Origin: Dicyema japonicum
Taxonomy: Eukaryota; Animalia; Dicyemida
Length of the DNA: 64,000 bases
Assembly: GCA_011109175.1 (NCBI GenBank)
Contig: RDEW01000032.1
Coordinates: 92,404-156,403, forward strand
Direction of reading: 5' to 3'
Under the pieces are notes generated by a model. It was not told where the DNA came from, made no database searches, and saw only the letters and a list, made by a program, of their open reading frames with translations. Both the position numbers and the translations under genes were made by a program. Shown here piece after piece: positions 61,030-64,000 of the stretch; position 1 is the stretch's first letter; every line of letters starts with the position of its first letter.

Positions 61030-63255
61030 ATTTATTATTTAAGCACTTCACGAGAGCCATACTAATTATAGCCCCGCATGTGCAGCAAAAGAAACAAGGT
61101 TAGATGTCATCCTTTTCCATGCTCCCCTGTTCCTAGCCAAGGCTCTCATGTTGTCCAGGTCGTCGGCATTTTTTAGATTTCTTTTGATATTGACCAGGTC
61201 TTTTTGTAAGACTATTGGCAGTGTTGTTCTAGGTCTTCCACGATAGCGGCCTTCTTGACTAACATAGTATGTTTTTATAGATATGTTAGGTGGGGATGTT
61301 AATTCTATCCTCAGCACGTGTCCGAAGAGCTTCCATCGGGATTCCAGTACTTCTAAGCTGATAGGTCTAGAGCTGCATCTCTTATATAAAGCATTCCTCG
61401 ATATTCTCGTTGGCCAAGTAATTCCTGTTATTTTTCTCAGCTGACCTCTGTGGAACGAGTCTAGTTTTTCCATATCCGCTGATGAGGTCGCCCAAATTCC
61501 AGCGTTATATAAAAGTACGGGTTTTATGAATGAGTCGTATAATAGGATTCTCATTTTCGTGTCGATACCTTTTTGATTGAGCCATGGATTCTTCAGTTTA
61601 TATAACGCAGCATTGGCTAGAGTTTTCCTACTTAAAATATCTTCGCTATCTCCCAGCAGTGAACCAAGTTTCTTTACTTGTCGCCACTTCTCTTCTAGGA
61701 CGTTACTTATCATTTTTATCTCTGTGAGTTCTGTTTTCTCTCTGTTCACAGTAAGAAACCATTTCCCTAGTACATCTGGTGCTTTTTCTAATAGGTTTTC
61801 CAGGACCTCTTTGTCTTCAGGAATTAGGTCTACATCGTCCGCGTAGATTACTTCTTCCATCTTTCCTTGGTATAACGGTCTAAGTTCCCTCATAGCGGCT
61901 TCCAAATAAATTGTGAATAGTTGAGGAGAACGAGATTCTCCTTGTGGAGTGCTCGTATTTGTTTCAAATTTTCTTGAATAGGTCTTTCCGACTCTCACAA
62001 GGAGCTCAGTGTTTAAAGTAAAATTCGAGTCATCCTTAGACTCGACTCATCAAGAAATCCGCTTAGTACCCCCATTAATACGTTCCTGTTAACCGTATCA
62101 AAAGCTTTGATAGGTCAATTCCCAGAATATTGGTGGCGTTACGGTATCTTTGATATGTTGCACACCTCCATCTGTGACTCCAGACCGCATCAGCTGTGGA
62201 TCTCCCTTCTCGAAAACCACTTTGACTATCTGGTAGGTATTTGTAAGCAGATCCTTTTATTTGTTCAAGCACACTGTTTGCCAAGACTTTGCATAATTAA
62301 TTTAGTGATATGATGGGTCGCAAATTTTCGAGCGGTCCTTTGGTTTTGTTGATTTTTTGTATGGGGATTAGTAGTCCCGTACCCAGAGGTATAGTTGAGT
62401 TAGTCGAAAACATTTCGTTTAGTAGTGTAGCGGTTTTTCCAAAAAGGGCGCCAAGGCCGTATTTCAGTAATTCTGGGTTTATCGCATCTGGTCCAAGACT
62501 TCTGTTATTCTTGAGTTTACGGCAGGCCATTTTGATTTCCTCGACCGTGATTGGTATCTCCAGGGGGTTTTAGCCTTCCAACAAATGGGTAGATTTCCAT
62601 GGTTTTGATGTTGAAAAGCTTCTCAAAGTGAGCCGCGATAGCTTCAGTTTGTTCTTCGGTGTTCAGTATCAGCTTACCGTTCTTGTCTTTTATGGTTAGT
62701 CGACTTCTGTTTGTTCGCCGCAGCAAACGGGCAGCGACGTACACCTGTGAGTTGTCTTTCACTTTGTTTACTTCTATACAGGAAGCTATTTCTTCTATGA
62801 AAAGCTTCTTGTTCAGACCCTTTATTTTTTATTTTCTTCTGACACGTTGCCTTTCGCCTTGAAGGGCTTTTATCGTATTAGTGTCAGTGGCATTTGATTT
62901 TTTCATATTTATTTCTTTTAGACTTTTCGCAAGCTCAGGAACATCTGGATGAATAGCCTTCAGGTGCATTTTACTATTCTCCCTTTTGCCAAGACATGCT
63001 TAAGCAGCTTCGTTGATGGTGTTTTTTGTGCGTTTCTTCTAACGTGGGATCCACCAATACGTCCTGCATATGAGTCTGAATGTATTGTTGATATCTCTCA
63101 GTAGTCTCCGGTTGGGAAATCAGACTTTCAGTCGCATAGTCACCTCTGATTTTCTCAAATTCGTGATTTTTGGAATTCCTTGTATTTGATGGCATGTTTT
63201 TTCAGGGTGAAGGTCGCAATAACCATCTTGTGGTCGCTGACAGTCGTCGAGCCTT
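61030..63255 (-). mobile_element. 5'-truncated RTE-like LINE (ORF2 RT), frameshifted
   Basis: LKNNRSLGPDAI.PELLKYG, IPIQK...ENLRPI, SQSGFREGRST.DAV, PQGES.SPQLF.IYLE, YADD, KKLGS.L, PVLLYNA.IW, WKLFGHVLR. Confidence 0.9.
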
Positions 63256-64000
63256 TATTTTGGAAAGTCAAAGGCAGCGGACCGGATATCAGGCGTTTTA
63301 AATTTGTGTAAAAATTAAAGACCGAATATCAACTAGTCCTGATTGAAAATTCGATTTATTTCATAATTAAAGATAAAAAATAATTTATTGACAAATTAAC
63401 TGTTTTTTAATTATAATATAAAAATTCTCGAAACGAGTAAGCCACGTTTCTGTGGACGCTCACAAGTCACACTTTCTGGGATACATGATGCTAATCTCAA
63501 GTATGTCAAAAGAAAACTGAGATGTAAAGAACATCCAGACGACTTTAGAGAAGTTGCACTCGATTGTGGAAATTAAATCAATCACCTCGATGTTTCGAAG
63601 CCCCAAAGTAAAACTATAGCTATTATGAGTTAGAAGTGGTGATGTAGTAGTTCCTCTATTGTATTAAATCTCTACTTAGCATCATGTTGGATGAAAGGTT
63701 TTATCTTCTAATGCTCGTGAGCATAGAATGTTGGCGTACTCAGGAGACACTGGATCACAAAACGACAAGGTTAAGGTCAAAACAGACAGGGATCGGAATA
63801 TTGAACCGCTAACGGACTCGGAGACTTCACGTATCTCGGTATTTTCGATGCATTTGATAAGATATCGTTGAGGGGAATGTTTGTTAGGTTGGTCACTCTC
63901 ATGAATACGATTTTATCCATGTCCCTAAACTCAGCTTTATTTTAAAAGTTATCATCTCCAGTGTTTAAAACAGCATACTGTCGTTTTAAGACAGCATACT

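Overview
AT-rich animal (metazoan) genomic DNA with extremely short spliceosomal introns, mostly 21-29 nt, GT-AG plus a few GC-AG. This intron size matches what is known for dicyemid mesozoans, but the taxon is an inference. Because the introns are so small, the ORF track fragments nearly every gene. Reconstructed by hand: GPATCH1-like (two in-frame TAGs), intact TRAPPC2L, a class A peptide-type GPCR, a full-length 14.3-kb dynein-2 heavy chain (DYNC2H1) with about 9-10 nonsense/frameshift lesions, a divergent POU gene flanked by perfect octamer sites, and FRG1. The main discovery is that the tandem 'small ORFs' at 6.4-9.7 kb and 30.0-31.2 kb are not separate genes. Their stop codons are the TAG of 23-nt introns, and splicing joins them into single proteins: signal peptide, then 5 (locus A) or 2 (locus B) tandem copies of a ~195-aa four-Cys domain I do not recognise, then a GAIN region. 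Locus B continues into a GPS cleavage site (HL/TSF) and a 7TM, so this is an adhesion-GPCR family with a copy-number-variable, fast-diverging ectodomain. The rest of the window is degraded non-LTR retrotransposons (CRE-like, R4-like, RTE-like, APE/RT LINEs), a Tigger/pogo relic, tRNA-derived SINEs, segmental duplications, read-length tandem duplications that are probably assembly artefacts, and a 501-N gap. Homology calls come from recalled family motifs; no database search was run.
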